Source: Candidatus Latescibacterota bacterium (GTDB lineage: Bacteria > Latescibacterota > UBA2968 > UBA8231). From it: a stretch of 64,000 bases of DNA. The notes under the pieces were generated by a model that made no database searches, had not been told where the DNA came from, and was given only the letters and a program-made list of their open reading frames with translations. Both the position numbers and the translations under genes were made by a program. The stretch is from positions 3,360,001-3,424,000 of the forward strand of contig OZ253462.1 of the NCBI GenBank assembly GCA_965261395.1, in the 5' to 3' direction. Shown piece by piece: positions 28,091 to 38,170 of the stretch (the stretch's first letter is position 1; each line of letters opens with the position of its first letter).

Positions 28091-28924
28091 ATGACCAAAC
28101 GCAAAATCGTCGTCACCGGTGCATCCGGGTACGTCGCCGGCCGCATGTTACCGGCCCTACAAGAACGCTACGAAACCGTTCTACTGGATATAAAAACGAC
28201 CAATCGCCAAGGTGAAGAAGTCACAGGAATCCACATCGCAGATCTGTTGGAGAAGGATCGCGATGCCTACCGAGAACACTTCAGAGGAGCCGACGCGGTA
28301 GTCCACTGCGGCTTTGTCCGAACGGGGCAAGGCGAACAGCGCTTCTGGAATGAGACCGACAATATCACCATGGCCCACAATGTGTACCGAGTCTGCCAAG
28401 ACGAGGGCGTGCGGCGGGCCGTGATCGTCAGCTCCAATCACGCAGCCGACTACTACGAAAATTTGATCTGGTCGGGACGCATGGACTTTGTCACGCCCGA
28501 CATGCTGCCGCTATCGGACAATTTCTACGGCTGGGCCAAGGCTTCGTATGAACTGCTGGGCTTCATGTTCGCCTGTGGCGAGGAAGGACCGGCCCTAGAA
28601 AATGTGCAATTGCGCGTCGGCGGTCCCCGCGAGACCGACATCGACGGCTGCGGCAACGATCTACAGAAAATGCACCGAGGCTTGGGGGCCTATCTGAGCG
28701 TACGCGACCAAGTGCAACTGGTAGTCAAGAGCATTGAGACCGAAGATATCCGCGACGCCAACGGCGTACCCTTCCAGATTTTCTACGGCATCAGCGGCAA
28801 CGCGCACAACTTCTGGAGCTTGGCCAATGCCCGGCGCGTGATCGGCTACGCGCCCCAAGACGACAGCCAAGTGCGCTTTGCCGACAAAATCGCGGCGGTT
28901 ACTCAAGCAGCGCAAGAAGGGTAG
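28091..28924 (+). CDS. NAD-dependent epimerase/dehydratase (uronate dehydrogenase-like SDR)
   Basis: VTGASGYV, SSNHA, YGWAK. Confidence 0.85.
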   Translation: MTKRKIVVTGASGYVAGRMLPALQERYETVLLDIKTTNRQGEEVTGIHIADLLEKDRDAYREHFRGADAVVHCGFVRTGQGEQRFWNETDNITMAHNVYRVCQDEGVRRAVIVSSNHAADYYENLIWSGRMDFVTPDMLPLSDNFYGWAKASYELLGFMFACGEEGPALENVQLRVGGPRETDIDGCGNDLQKMHRGLGAYLSVRDQVQLVVKSIETEDIRDANGVPFQIFYGISGNAHNFWSLANARRVIGYAPQDDSQVRFADKIAAVTQAAQEG

Positions 28925-28925
28925 T

Positions 28926-29996
28926 ATGAGCGAATTCGACGAAGAAACCCGCGTGGACGCGGAAGAGCTACTGGAGTTGGTAGGCACCATTTTCGAGCGA
29001 TGCGGCATGTCGCAAGCGGATACCGCCCTGCTGACCGACTCGCTCGTGTACGCGGATCTGTGCGGAACCCATTCGCACGGCGTCCTGCGGGTACCCGAAT
29101 ACGTAGAGAAGCTGACAACTAAGGGCGTGAATCCAACCGCCAAGCCCGAAGTCGTCGGCGAGGGCCCCTCGTTCGTGGTCGTGGACGGACGCAATTCAAT
29201 GGGACAAATCGGCACTGCCTTAGCTATGCGAGAGGTGATTAGCAAAGCAGCGAAAACCGGCATTGCAGCGGGAGCCATTCGCGGCAGCAATCATTGCGGT
29301 GCCATGGCGTATTTCGCCCGCATGGCGCTGCCGCACGACATGATCGGAATCGCGACCACGAATGCGCTTCCGACGATGGCACCCTGGGGAGGTACCGAGC
29401 GAATCTTGGGCATCAATCCGATCGCGTTCTCCGTACCAGCGGGGAAGATGACTCCCATTGTGTACGACGCTGCGTTTAGCGGGTCTTCCCACGGAAAAAT
29501 TCGAATCTACGAACAGAAAGGAATGCGCCTGCCCGAGGGATGGGCACTAGACCGGGAAGGCCAGCCGACGACCGATCCCAAGGTGGCGATCGACGGCCTG
29601 CTAGCCCCCATCGGAGGGTTCAAAGGGGCTGGGCTGTCGATGATTATGGGCATCCTCTCGTCTTTCCTTTCCGGTGCCAGCTACGGGACCGAACTCGGTA
29701 GCATCGAAGACGGGCCAACCCCCGGTGCAGACGGCCATTTCGTCGCCGCCATCCACATCGCCTCCTTCGAAGACATCGAACGCTTCAAGTCAAGAGTGGA
29801 CGCCGCCATCCAGCAGATCCACGACTGCCGGCTTGCTCCCGGTTTCGACCGAGTGTACGCCCCAGGCGAGCTAGAAACGATTCGCCGCGCCGAGTATCGT
29901 GCGAATGGAATCCCGCTCAATCACGTGACGCTGGCGGACATGCGCGAGACGGCGGAGCGACTCGGTATCGATGTGGAAGAATACGAATGGCTTTAG
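28926..29996 (+). CDS. Ldh_2 family oxidoreductase (type 2 malate/L-lactate/sulfolactate dehydrogenase family)
   Basis: G.HSHGV.R, SNHCGA, G.NPIAF, G.PTTDP, GGFKG, PGE. Confidence 0.9.
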   Translation: MSEFDEETRVDAEELLELVGTIFERCGMSQADTALLTDSLVYADLCGTHSHGVLRVPEYVEKLTTKGVNPTAKPEVVGEGPSFVVVDGRNSMGQIGTALAMREVISKAAKTGIAAGAIRGSNHCGAMAYFARMALPHDMIGIATTNALPTMAPWGGTERILGINPIAFSVPAGKMTPIVYDAAFSGSSHGKIRIYEQKGMRLPEGWALDREGQPTTDPKVAIDGLLAPIGGFKGAGLSMIMGILSSFLSGASYGTELGSIEDGPTPGADGHFVAAIHIASFEDIERFKSRVDAAIQQIHDCRLAPGFDRVYAPGELETIRRAEYRANGIPLNHVTLADMRETAERLGIDVEEYEWL

Positions 29997-30267
29997 GAAA
30001 AGAGGACTTCGCGGACTATGTGCTAGAAGGGACCGAAGGGCCGGCATCGGGGCGGAACAACGGAGGAGCCTAGCTATCGTGCAGGCGAGATACGAGTCGG
30101 CCAGTGGCAGCGCGGTCATCAACCTGTGGGAGGAACTCGGGGAGCAGCAACAAGCAGCAACAAGGGTTTTCAAAACACTTCTTATAATCCGTAAGCTATG
30201 ATTCATCGGTTCTATTCTTATCGAAGATACATTCCCGTAATTCCTTGTATACCTTAGTTCCCTGAGT

Positions 30268-31421
30268 GGCGTTGTTGCATGAAAGCGGTGTTAGGGTCTT
30301 GAACTGAGTCAGGCTCTCCAGTTAGATTGGTTCGTGATTTCCAGCAAGAAACACGTACCTCTCTTCCCTGAGAGCCTGTGATGAGCAAACTATCGGGCGG
30401 TTCGCCCTCGGTCAAGTCGAAAGCGGTGTATCGGGTCCAGAATTGGTCGTCGTATAATCGGGCGTTGATCGCCCGTGGTAGCCTGACGGTCTGGCTGGAC
30501 GATTCGTTGTGGAAGCAGTGGTATGATCAGGGGCCGTCTCAACGGGGTGCTCCGTTTGTATATTCGGATCCAGCGATTGAATGGATGTTGACGATGCGGG
30601 TGTTGCTTCGGTTGCCGTTGCGCCAGACGCAGGGCTTTATCCAATCGCTTTTGGACTTGATGCAGTTGGACTTGGCGACGCCGGATTACTCGACCTTGTC
30701 GCGTCGCCAAGGGAACTTGGCGGTGGTGTTGCCGAGAAAGTGCCCCGATAAACCGATGCACTTGGTGGTAGATTCGACCGGCTTGAAAGTCTACGGTGAG
30801 GGCGAGTGGAAAGTCCGTCAACACGGCTGGACCAAACGGCGGACTTGGCGCAAACTGCATGTGGGGGTCCACGAGGCCACCGGCGAGGTGGTCGCCCAGA
30901 CGTTGACGTCCCATCGGATCGATGATGCCTCGCAGGTCGCCCCCTTGCTGACCCAAGTCGACGAGGCGGTGGGGGCAGTAGGTGGAGATGGTGCATACGA
31001 CAAACGTAAGGTTTTCGACGCGTTGGCCACACCGCCGAGCGGCCCATCGATTCAGCCCATCATTGCGCTGCGCAAAGACGCTACGATCCAGCAGCATGGC
31101 AATTGTAAGGCACCCGCGTTGGCACGGGATGAGATCCTTCGAGCCATTCGACACCAGGGACGCAGCGGGTGGAAACAGGCCAGTGGCTATCATCGACGCT
31201 CGTTGGCTGAAACGCAGATCTATCGCTATAAGCACCTCATCGGCGACAAGCTGAAGGCACGTAGCTGGGCTAACCAACAGGTCGAAAGTCGCTTGGGCTG
31301 TGCCATCCTCAATCGAATGATCCATCTGGGCAAACCCCAGTCGTATCGAGTAGAAAAAATTAACTGAACAAAAAACAACATTCGACCATGATACCCCAGA
31401 TATGATTCATGCAACAACGCC
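30268..31421 (+). mobile_element. IS5 family (IS903 group) element A
   Basis: 16-bp IRs ggcgttgttgcatgaa / ttcatgcaacaacgcc; no TSD. Confidence 0.9.
30378..31367 (+). CDS. IS903-group transposase
   Basis: NW..YN.AL..RGSLTVW, VDSTGLK..GEGEW, WRKLH, GDGAYD, GYHRRSLAET. Confidence 0.93.
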   Translation: MMSKLSGGSPSVKSKAVYRVQNWSSYNRALIARGSLTVWLDDSLWKQWYDQGPSQRGAPFVYSDPAIEWMLTMRVLLRLPLRQTQGFIQSLLDLMQLDLATPDYSTLSRRQGNLAVVLPRKCPDKPMHLVVDSTGLKVYGEGEWKVRQHGWTKRRTWRKLHVGVHEATGEVVAQTLTSHRIDDASQVAPLLTQVDEAVGAVGGDGAYDKRKVFDALATPPSGPSIQPIIALRKDATIQQHGNCKAPALARDEILRAIRHQGRSGWKQASGYHRRSLAETQIYRYKHLIGDKLKARSWANQQVESRLGCAILNRMIHLGKPQSYRVEKIN

Positions 31422-31429
31422 CTTGAAAG

Positions 31430-32605
31430 GGCTTTGGTGCATGAAAACTGTCGGGGCCGTGTTGCCCCTTGTCTGGTGTGTTTTAGACTTCCTTGGTTAT
31501 CGGATAGGACTCGGGCTTAGCCAAATGCAATAGCCGGTTGAGTATGGCACATCCCACTCGTGTTTCGGTTTGTTGGTGGGATAGGGTTCGGGCGTGCAAG
31601 GTGTCGCCGAGGCTCTGTTTGTAGCGGCCGATCTGGGTTTCGACGAGGGATCGGCGATGATAGCCACTGGTTTTTTTCCAGGTTCGACGGCCCCGGCTAC
31701 GGATGGTTCGGATCGTCTCATCGCGGGGCAACGGCTCCGCGTTGCAGTTGCCATGTTGCTGGATTTTGGCGTCTTTGCGCGGCGGAATGATCGGCCGGAT
31801 CGGCGGCCCTCGGTCCGGCGCAGCCAACGCCTCAAACACCTTGCGTTTATCATAGGCTCCATCCCCGCCCACCGCCGCGATGGGGGCCGCGACTTGCTCC
31901 AGCAACGGCTCGACCTGCCCGGCATCATCTGGGCGATTGGCCGTCAACGTCTGGGCGACGATCTCGCCGGTGGCTTCGTCGACCCCAAGGTGCAATTTGC
32001 GCCAGGTGCGCCGCTTGCCCCAGCCGTGCTGACGCACCTTCCACTCGCCTTCGCCATACCCCTTCAACCCCGTCGAATCAACGACCCAATGCCGGGGTTG
32101 ATCCGTGGGCTGGGTAGGCAACGCTACTGTCAAGTCAGCCTGACGCCGCGAGAGGGTCGTATGATCCGGCACCCGTATAGCCAAGCCCATCAAGGCTACA
32201 ATGGAAGCGACAAACCCCTCGGTTTGGCGTAGCGGCAAGTGATACATAAGCCGCAACGTCAACGCCGTGTGGATGGCTACGTCCGAAAAGGTATATTGCG
32301 CCCCCCGTTGGCGCGGCCCTTGATAATACCACGCTTCGACCGCTTGGGGGGAAAACCACACCGTCAGGCTACCGCGCTGGGTAAGCCCCGCATCATAATC
32401 AGGCCAATTACGCACCCGATACACAACCTTCGAGCGACGGCGACGGGGCTTGACCGAAGACGGAGCAGACGATACGTTGGACAGGACAGGTTCCTTGGAA
32501 GAGAAGGCATAGAGTCTTTTCGCAAAAAAGTCATGCCCAATCTACTGAGGAGCCTGTCTTTATTCAACCGAGAAACCCAAAAATACCGATCCATGCACCA
32601 AAGCC
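31430..32605 (-). mobile_element. IS5 family (IS903 group) element B, copy 1 (1176 bp)
   Basis: IRs ggctttggtgcatg / catgcaccaaagcc; near-identical to 42995..44170; no TSD. Confidence 0.92.
31483..32484 (-). CDS. IS903-group transposase (start codon CTG here vs ATG in copy 2)
   Basis: Same motifs as element A; aligned to 43048..44049. Confidence 0.85.
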   Translation of the reverse strand: MSNVSSAPSSVKPRRRRSKVVYRVRNWPDYDAGLTQRGSLTVWFSPQAVEAWYYQGPRQRGAQYTFSDVAIHTALTLRLMYHLPLRQTEGFVASIVALMGLAIRVPDHTTLSRRQADLTVALPTQPTDQPRHWVVDSTGLKGYGEGEWKVRQHGWGKRRTWRKLHLGVDEATGEIVAQTLTANRPDDAGQVEPLLEQVAAPIAAVGGDGAYDKRKVFEALAAPDRGPPIRPIIPPRKDAKIQQHGNCNAEPLPRDETIRTIRSRGRRTWKKTSGYHRRSLVETQIGRYKQSLGDTLHARTLSHQQTETRVGCAILNRLLHLAKPESYPITKEV

Positions 32606-33403
32606 ATCGTCAACTATAATACGCGCGACTGGCTCTCGCAGTGCCTGCACTCGATATATGCGCGGGATATCGCCGCGGAAGTGGAAGTCGTTGTAGTCGA
32701 CAGTGCATCAACCGATGACTCAATTGACATGGTGCAGCGCGACTTTTCCGGCTGCACACTTATTGCTGGCAAAGAAAATATCGGGTTTGGACGCGGCAAT
32801 AACCTTGGTGCAGCCCAAAGCACAGCTCCGATTTTGCTATTTCTCAACCCCGATACGTACGCGACAGACGGGGCACTGGCCGAACTCTTGCTTTTTATGG
32901 ATCAGCATCCCCAGTACGGAGCGGCTGGTGGACGAATCTACGATGGAGAGGGGCAACAGGAACTCTCCGCGGGAACATGGCCGACGCTTTTGAGCCTAAT
33001 GTTAGACCGGGTTCTGGTAAACTTTCCGTCACTTTGCGGGTCATTAGAATACTTGGCCCATCACTACCGGGAGTACGAAAAGCAACGCGAAGTTGATTGG
33101 ATAACTGGAGCTTACTTGTGTATTCACCGCGATTTGTTTGAGCAACTGGCTGGGTTTGACCCTGCTATTTTTATGTATTACGAAGACGTAGAGCTGTGCT
33201 ATCGGGTGCGGGCGGCCGGGTCGCGAATCTGCTATTTCCCGGGCGCATCAATCCTTCACTATCGCAACAAAGCACCCATCCGCCAGCTACATCGCAAGCA
33301 TCGGATGCGCCAAGGCTTGCGCCAGTTTGCCCGCAAGCATTACGTGGGGGTGGGATGGGAGACGCGCTGGGCTGCGGAGTTGTTGTATTACCTAAACCTG
33401 TGA
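32606..33403 (+). pseudogene. GT2 glycosyltransferase, 5' end removed by IS
   Basis: Frame begins abruptly at IS end with IVNYNTRDWL..CL; VVDSAS.D, NIGFGRGNNLG, LNPD, FMYYEDVELC. Confidence 0.8.
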
Positions 33404-33432
33404 GAAGACTCTGCTTGTAGATCGATCTACAA

Positions 33433-33516
33433 ATGGCTCCCCATCCGAGATCCCCATCACACCTTTGCACCCCAAGCGTTGCTGTCGACTCATACGTGAA
33501 TGGATAAAGTCGAGCT
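33433..33516 (+). mobile_element. Internally deleted relic of the IS701-type element at 44941..46385
   Basis: 33433-33493 matches 45926-45986; 33494-33516 matches its right end 46365-46387 (acgtgaatggataaagtcgagct). Confidence 0.85.
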
Positions 33517-33581
33517 TCGTTAGTTGACCCTCCCAACGCGCGTTGATACGTTTTGGCGACCACCGCCAAAAGGAGAAGCTC

Positions 33582-35309
33582 TTGACGCGCCCCGCTTTCT
33601 CGCTAATCCTCGCTTTGGTCTGCGCCGCTTGTAGCGGCGAAGGTAGCCTGCAACACGTGCCGCGCGAGCGCACCTTGATCACCGACTGCGTCGATCAGGG
33701 CACGTGCAGCGGCCAGTTCCAGGACTACGACGCCTTTAATCCCTACCTGCCCGGCAAGGTCTCTCGCACGGGCTATAACTTCCTCTACGAGCCGCTCTAC
33801 TTTTACAACGCCTATCGCGACGAGATCATCCCCTGGATCGCCACTGGGCACGAGTACAACGAAAACTATACCGAAGTCACCATAAAAATTCGGCCCGGAG
33901 TCGAATGGAGCGACGGGCAGCCGTGGACGGCGCACGACGTGGTTTTTACGATCAACATGCTCCGCGACAATGCGCCGGAACTGACCTTTGCGGTCGATAT
34001 GCAGACCTGGGTTAAAACAGCCGTGGCCAGCGACAGCCTGACGGCGCACATTGCGCTGACGGCCCCCAACCCGCGCTTCGTCTTTACGTATTTCACCCAC
34101 AACTTCGACAATGGCGTGCCGATTGTGCCCCGGCACATCTGGGAGGGCCAAGACCCCAAGACCTTCGCCAACTTCGATCTGGCGCGGGGCTGGCCTGTAG
34201 TAAGCGGTCCGTACCGCTTGGCGCACTCCGTGCCGGAGCAGCGGATCTGGGATCGGCGCGAAGGCTGGTGGGCCGCCAAGATCGGCTTCCGCCAGCCGCC
34301 GCAAGTCGAGCGGCTGATCTACCTGCCCTATATGGAGGAGGCCAAACAGGTACAAAACCTCGCTACCGATGCCATGGACCTGTGCGCCGACATGCTGCCC
34401 CCCAACATCCGCACAATTCTAGAGCAAAACCCCAATGTGACGACCTGGAGTGGCCAAGAGCCGCCCTATGGCTATCTGGATTGGTGGCCCATTTCGCTGG
34501 GGTTCAACGTTCAAGAGTCGCCCTACGACGAGCCGGCCTTCCGCTGGGCCGTAAACCACGCCATCAACCGCGAACAGTTAGTGGAGGTTGGCTGGCAGGG
34601 GGCAGGGCGACCAACCCTATTGCCGTTTCCCGACTTTCCGCGGCTCAGGCACTACACCGCCCAAGTCCAAGACTTGCTGGAACAATATCCGGTGGGGCTG
34701 TTCGATCCGGCCCGCAGCGCGGCCCTGATGCAGGAGTCTGGGTGGCATCTGGACGCCGAAGGCATTTGGACGCGGGACGGGGAGCAGGCCAAGATGCTGC
34801 TCGACATCAGCCAGACCTTCCAAGACATCGCGCCGATCTTGGTCGAGCAGTTGCAGCGGGCGGGCTTTGCGGCCAACATGCGAATGACCTCAGACAACTA
34901 CACGCGGATGGCCACGGGCGCGGCCAAGGGCTATATATTTGGCAATGGAGGCTCAGTGCGCGACCCATATTTTACGCTGCGGCTCTACCACAGTCGCTTC
35001 GTCCAGCCGACGGGTACGGCGACGCCGAACTTCTGGCGCTGGAAAAACCCCGCGTATGACGCACTCGTCGATCAGATGGGACAGACCGCACCCGAAGACC
35101 CGCGCTTGGTGGGCCTGTTCAGGGAGGCGTTGGCGATTTGGCTGCGCGAGATGCCAGCCATACCCTTGCTGCAATTTTACCACCGCTTGCCCCACAACCA
35201 AACCTACTGGACCAACTGGCCGTCGGTGGACAATCCGTATATCAATACGGCCTACTGGCACCGAACGTGGCTTTTAGTGTTGTTGAACCTGCAACCAACG
35301 CGAGGTTAA
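33582..35309 (+). CDS. ABC transporter substrate-binding lipoprotein, family 5
   Basis: AAAGGAG + TTG start, lipobox CAAC, YEPLYFYN, GV.WSDG.PWTAHDV.FT, RWAVNHAINR. Confidence 0.9.
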   Translation: MTRPAFSLILALVCAACSGEGSLQHVPRERTLITDCVDQGTCSGQFQDYDAFNPYLPGKVSRTGYNFLYEPLYFYNAYRDEIIPWIATGHEYNENYTEVTIKIRPGVEWSDGQPWTAHDVVFTINMLRDNAPELTFAVDMQTWVKTAVASDSLTAHIALTAPNPRFVFTYFTHNFDNGVPIVPRHIWEGQDPKTFANFDLARGWPVVSGPYRLAHSVPEQRIWDRREGWWAAKIGFRQPPQVERLIYLPYMEEAKQVQNLATDAMDLCADMLPPNIRTILEQNPNVTTWSGQEPPYGYLDWWPISLGFNVQESPYDEPAFRWAVNHAINREQLVEVGWQGAGRPTLLPFPDFPRLRHYTAQVQDLLEQYPVGLFDPARSAALMQESGWHLDAEGIWTRDGEQAKMLLDISQTFQDIAPILVEQLQRAGFAANMRMTSDNYTRMATGAAKGYIFGNGGSVRDPYFTLRLYHSRFVQPTGTATPNFWRWKNPAYDALVDQMGQTAPEDPRLVGLFREALAIWLREMPAIPLLQFYHRLPHNQTYWTNWPSVDNPYINTAYWHRTWLLVLLNLQPTRG

Positions 35310-35380
35310 ACGAAACGGTTTGCTCGCGCTTAATCGACGCGGCTGGTATCATGTCACTCGAAACCGATGCGAGGTCTACT

Positions 35381-37162
35381 ATGAAACGCAGCATTTGCAC
35401 ATTGCTCAGCGCGTGGCTGCTCAGCGGCTGCGGCGATAGCCCCTCCGACCAAGAGCCATCGGACGCAGCCGGCCAGCGCGAGGACGCTGAGGACTCGGCG
35501 CTTATACAGGTTCCACGGAACCGCACCTTGATCATGGATTGCGCCGCAAGCGGCACGTGCGCCGGGCAGATCCAAGACTACAATTCGTTCAACCCCTATC
35601 TGCCGGAAACCACCTCGCGCACCGGGTACAATTTCGTTTTCGAGCCGCTGTATTTCTACAATGCCTTTGAGGGCAAGCTGATTCCCTGGATCGCCACCGA
35701 GCACCGCTTCAACGACGCCTATACCGAAGTGGAGATCACCATTCGCCCGGGGGTCCAGTGGAGCGACGGCATGCCGTGGACGGCGCACGATTTGGTCTTT
35801 ACGATCAACATGCTCAAGGACAACGCGCCTCTGTTGTCCTATTCGACCGACATGAAAAACTGGGTCCAAGAGGCCGTGGCCGTCGATAGCCTGACGGCGC
35901 GCATCGCGCTGACCGCGCCCAATCCGCGCTTTGTCTTTTCGTACTTCACCCACAACTTCGGCAATGGGGTGCCGATCGTGCCCAAGCACGTGTGGGAAGG
36001 ACAGTCGCCAGACACCTTTGTAAACTTCGATCCGCAAAAAGGCTGGCCCGTGTTTTCCGGGCCTTACAAGCTGACGCTATCCTCGCCGCAGCAGCGCATC
36101 TGGGACTTGCGGCCGAATTGGTGGGCCGCGGCCAGCGGCTTCCAAGCCCTGCCCAAAGTCGAGCGCATCATCTACCTGCCTTACATGGAGGAAGCCAAGC
36201 GCGTCCAGAATCTAATCACCAACCACATGGATACCTGCCTAGACCTCCGGCCGCCCAACATCCGGACCGTGCTCGACCGCAACCCCCGCGTGACGACGTG
36301 GACCGGGCGAGAGCCGCCGTACGGGTACGTGGATTTCTGGCCCATTTCGCTGGGCTTTAACAACCTCGAGGCCCCCTTCTCAGACGTGGGCGTGCGCCGC
36401 GCGATCAACTACGCCATCGACCGCGCCCAGCTCGTGGAGATCGGCTGGCAGGGAGCGGGCACCTCGACGCTCTTGCCCTTTCCCGCGTACCCGGCGCTGC
36501 GGCCTTACTTCAGCGAGGTCGAAGATTTGCTAGAGCAATACGAGATTGGGGTCTTTGATTTGGCCAAGAGCGCCGCCCTGATGAAGAGCATGGGCTGGCA
36601 GCGGCCCGAAGGCGGCTATTGGACTAAGAATGGCAAGCCATTTAAGATGGTCATCGACATCTCCTCGATTTTCCAAGACATCACGCCGGTCCTAGTCGCG
36701 CAGCTAGAGAAAGCGGGTTTTGACGCGGACTTCCGCAACACCCCGGACACCTATACCCGCATGTCGCACGGCACGGCCCGCGCCTTTATCAATGGGCACG
36801 GCGGCAGCGTGCGCGACCCGTATTTTACGCTGCGGCTCTACCACAGCCGCTTCGTGCAGCCAACCGGCACCCCCGCCGAGCACTTCTGGCGCTGGCAGAA
36901 CGAGGAATTCGATCGGATCGTCGATCAAATGGCGGAAATCGCGCCGCGCGATCCGCAGCTGGTGCAATTGTACCGCCAAGCCATGCAAATCTGGCTCGCC
37001 GAACTGCCGTCGATTCCGCTCTTGCAGTGGTATCACCGCATTCCCCACAACCAGACCTACTGGCGCAACTGGCCTTCGGAGCACAGCCCGTACATCAACA
37101 GCGCCTATTGGCACCGGGTGTGGCTGTTAGTGTTGCTCAATTTGCAGCCGGTACAAGGGTAA
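35381..37162 (+). CDS. ABC transporter substrate-binding lipoprotein, family 5 (tandem paralog)
   Basis: Lipobox LSGC; highly similar to preceding gene throughout. Confidence 0.9.
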   Translation: MKRSICTLLSAWLLSGCGDSPSDQEPSDAAGQREDAEDSALIQVPRNRTLIMDCAASGTCAGQIQDYNSFNPYLPETTSRTGYNFVFEPLYFYNAFEGKLIPWIATEHRFNDAYTEVEITIRPGVQWSDGMPWTAHDLVFTINMLKDNAPLLSYSTDMKNWVQEAVAVDSLTARIALTAPNPRFVFSYFTHNFGNGVPIVPKHVWEGQSPDTFVNFDPQKGWPVFSGPYKLTLSSPQQRIWDLRPNWWAAASGFQALPKVERIIYLPYMEEAKRVQNLITNHMDTCLDLRPPNIRTVLDRNPRVTTWTGREPPYGYVDFWPISLGFNNLEAPFSDVGVRRAINYAIDRAQLVEIGWQGAGTSTLLPFPAYPALRPYFSEVEDLLEQYEIGVFDLAKSAALMKSMGWQRPEGGYWTKNGKPFKMVIDISSIFQDITPVLVAQLEKAGFDADFRNTPDTYTRMSHGTARAFINGHGGSVRDPYFTLRLYHSRFVQPTGTPAEHFWRWQNEEFDRIVDQMAEIAPRDPQLVQLYRQAMQIWLAELPSIPLLQWYHRIPHNQTYWRNWPSEHSPYINSAYWHRVWLLVLLNLQPVQG

Positions 37163-37180
37163 CGCACGAGGAGAGTACCT

Positions 37181-38170
37181 ATGAAATTGCACATGTTGCG
37201 CTGCATCGCAGCCGTTTTGGGAATAGTCGCCCTAAGCTGCGGCGATCAGCAAGAAGCACCGATAGAGAAGAAGCTCAAGATCGCCGGGATCGTCTTTCAG
37301 GAGGACCAGTTTTTTCGCCTGATCCAGTTTGGGATGCAGGACGCGGCCGACAAAGCGGGCGTCGAGCTGCTGCTGGCTAATAGCGCGAATAAGCCGGACA
37401 AGGAGATTCAGCTAGTCAACACCTATATCGCGCGCGGCGTCGATGCCATTGTGATCTCGCCGCTGAGTACCAAGGCTTCAGCCACTGCATTGCAGCGAGC
37501 CAAGGACGCCGGGATCGTGGTGGTGACGTACAATTCGACGGTGGAAGGGGATATTCCCGCCGCCTATATCGAGAGCGACCAAGGGGACTTGGGCCGACAG
37601 ACCGGGCTTGTGGCGCGGCGCTACATCGAAGAGCAGCTAGGGGGCCGGGCCAAAATTGCAACCCTCGCCTTCAAGTCACAGCTCGCCGAGCAAAGCGACG
37701 CGCGTCGCAACGGGTTCGTCGAGGTGGTGGGGCAGTTGCCGGGCGTGGAATTCGTCGCCGAGCAGGACGCCTGGCTGCCGGAAATGGCGCTCAAGAAGGC
37801 CGGGGACATTCTCACGGCCCATCCAGAGATTGACATCCTCTGGTCGGCCAACGAAGGCGGCACCGTTGGGTCGGTGATGGCGGTCAAAAACGCCGACCGC
37901 GAGGGGAAGGTGGCCGTCTTTGGCACCGATGCCAGCCAGCAGCTCGTCGAGTTCATGCTCGCCGATGACGGCATCTTGCAAGCTCTCACCACCCAGACCC
38001 CTTTTGAACTAGGCGTAAAGGCCATCGAACTGGCCATCGGGGCACTCAAGGGGCAAGATGTCGCGGCCAAGGTGGTGATGGACGGGGTGCTGTTGGCGCG
38101 TCAGGACTCGGCCGGAGTGCGGGCCTTTGGCACTCGACTCGCGGACCTGATCGCCCTCGGCAATCAGTGA
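37181..38170 (+). CDS. Sugar ABC transporter substrate-binding lipoprotein (RbsB-like)
   Basis: Lipobox ALSC, GVDAIVISP, SANEG, VFGTD. Confidence 0.9.
   Translation: MKLHMLRCIAAVLGIVALSCGDQQEAPIEKKLKIAGIVFQEDQFFRLIQFGMQDAADKAGVELLLANSANKPDKEIQLVNTYIARGVDAIVISPLSTKASATALQRAKDAGIVVVTYNSTVEGDIPAAYIESDQGDLGRQTGLVARRYIEEQLGGRAKIATLAFKSQLAEQSDARRNGFVEVVGQLPGVEFVAEQDAWLPEMALKKAGDILTAHPEIDILWSANEGGTVGSVMAVKNADREGKVAVFGTDASQQLVEFMLADDGILQALTTQTPFELGVKAIELAIGALKGQDVAAKVVMDGVLLARQDSAGVRAFGTRLADLIALGNQ

Noticed and set aside
29997-30267. Short ORFs between the Ldh_2 gene and IS element A
   Set aside because: No recognisable motif or RBS; possibly a decayed fragment but not assignable
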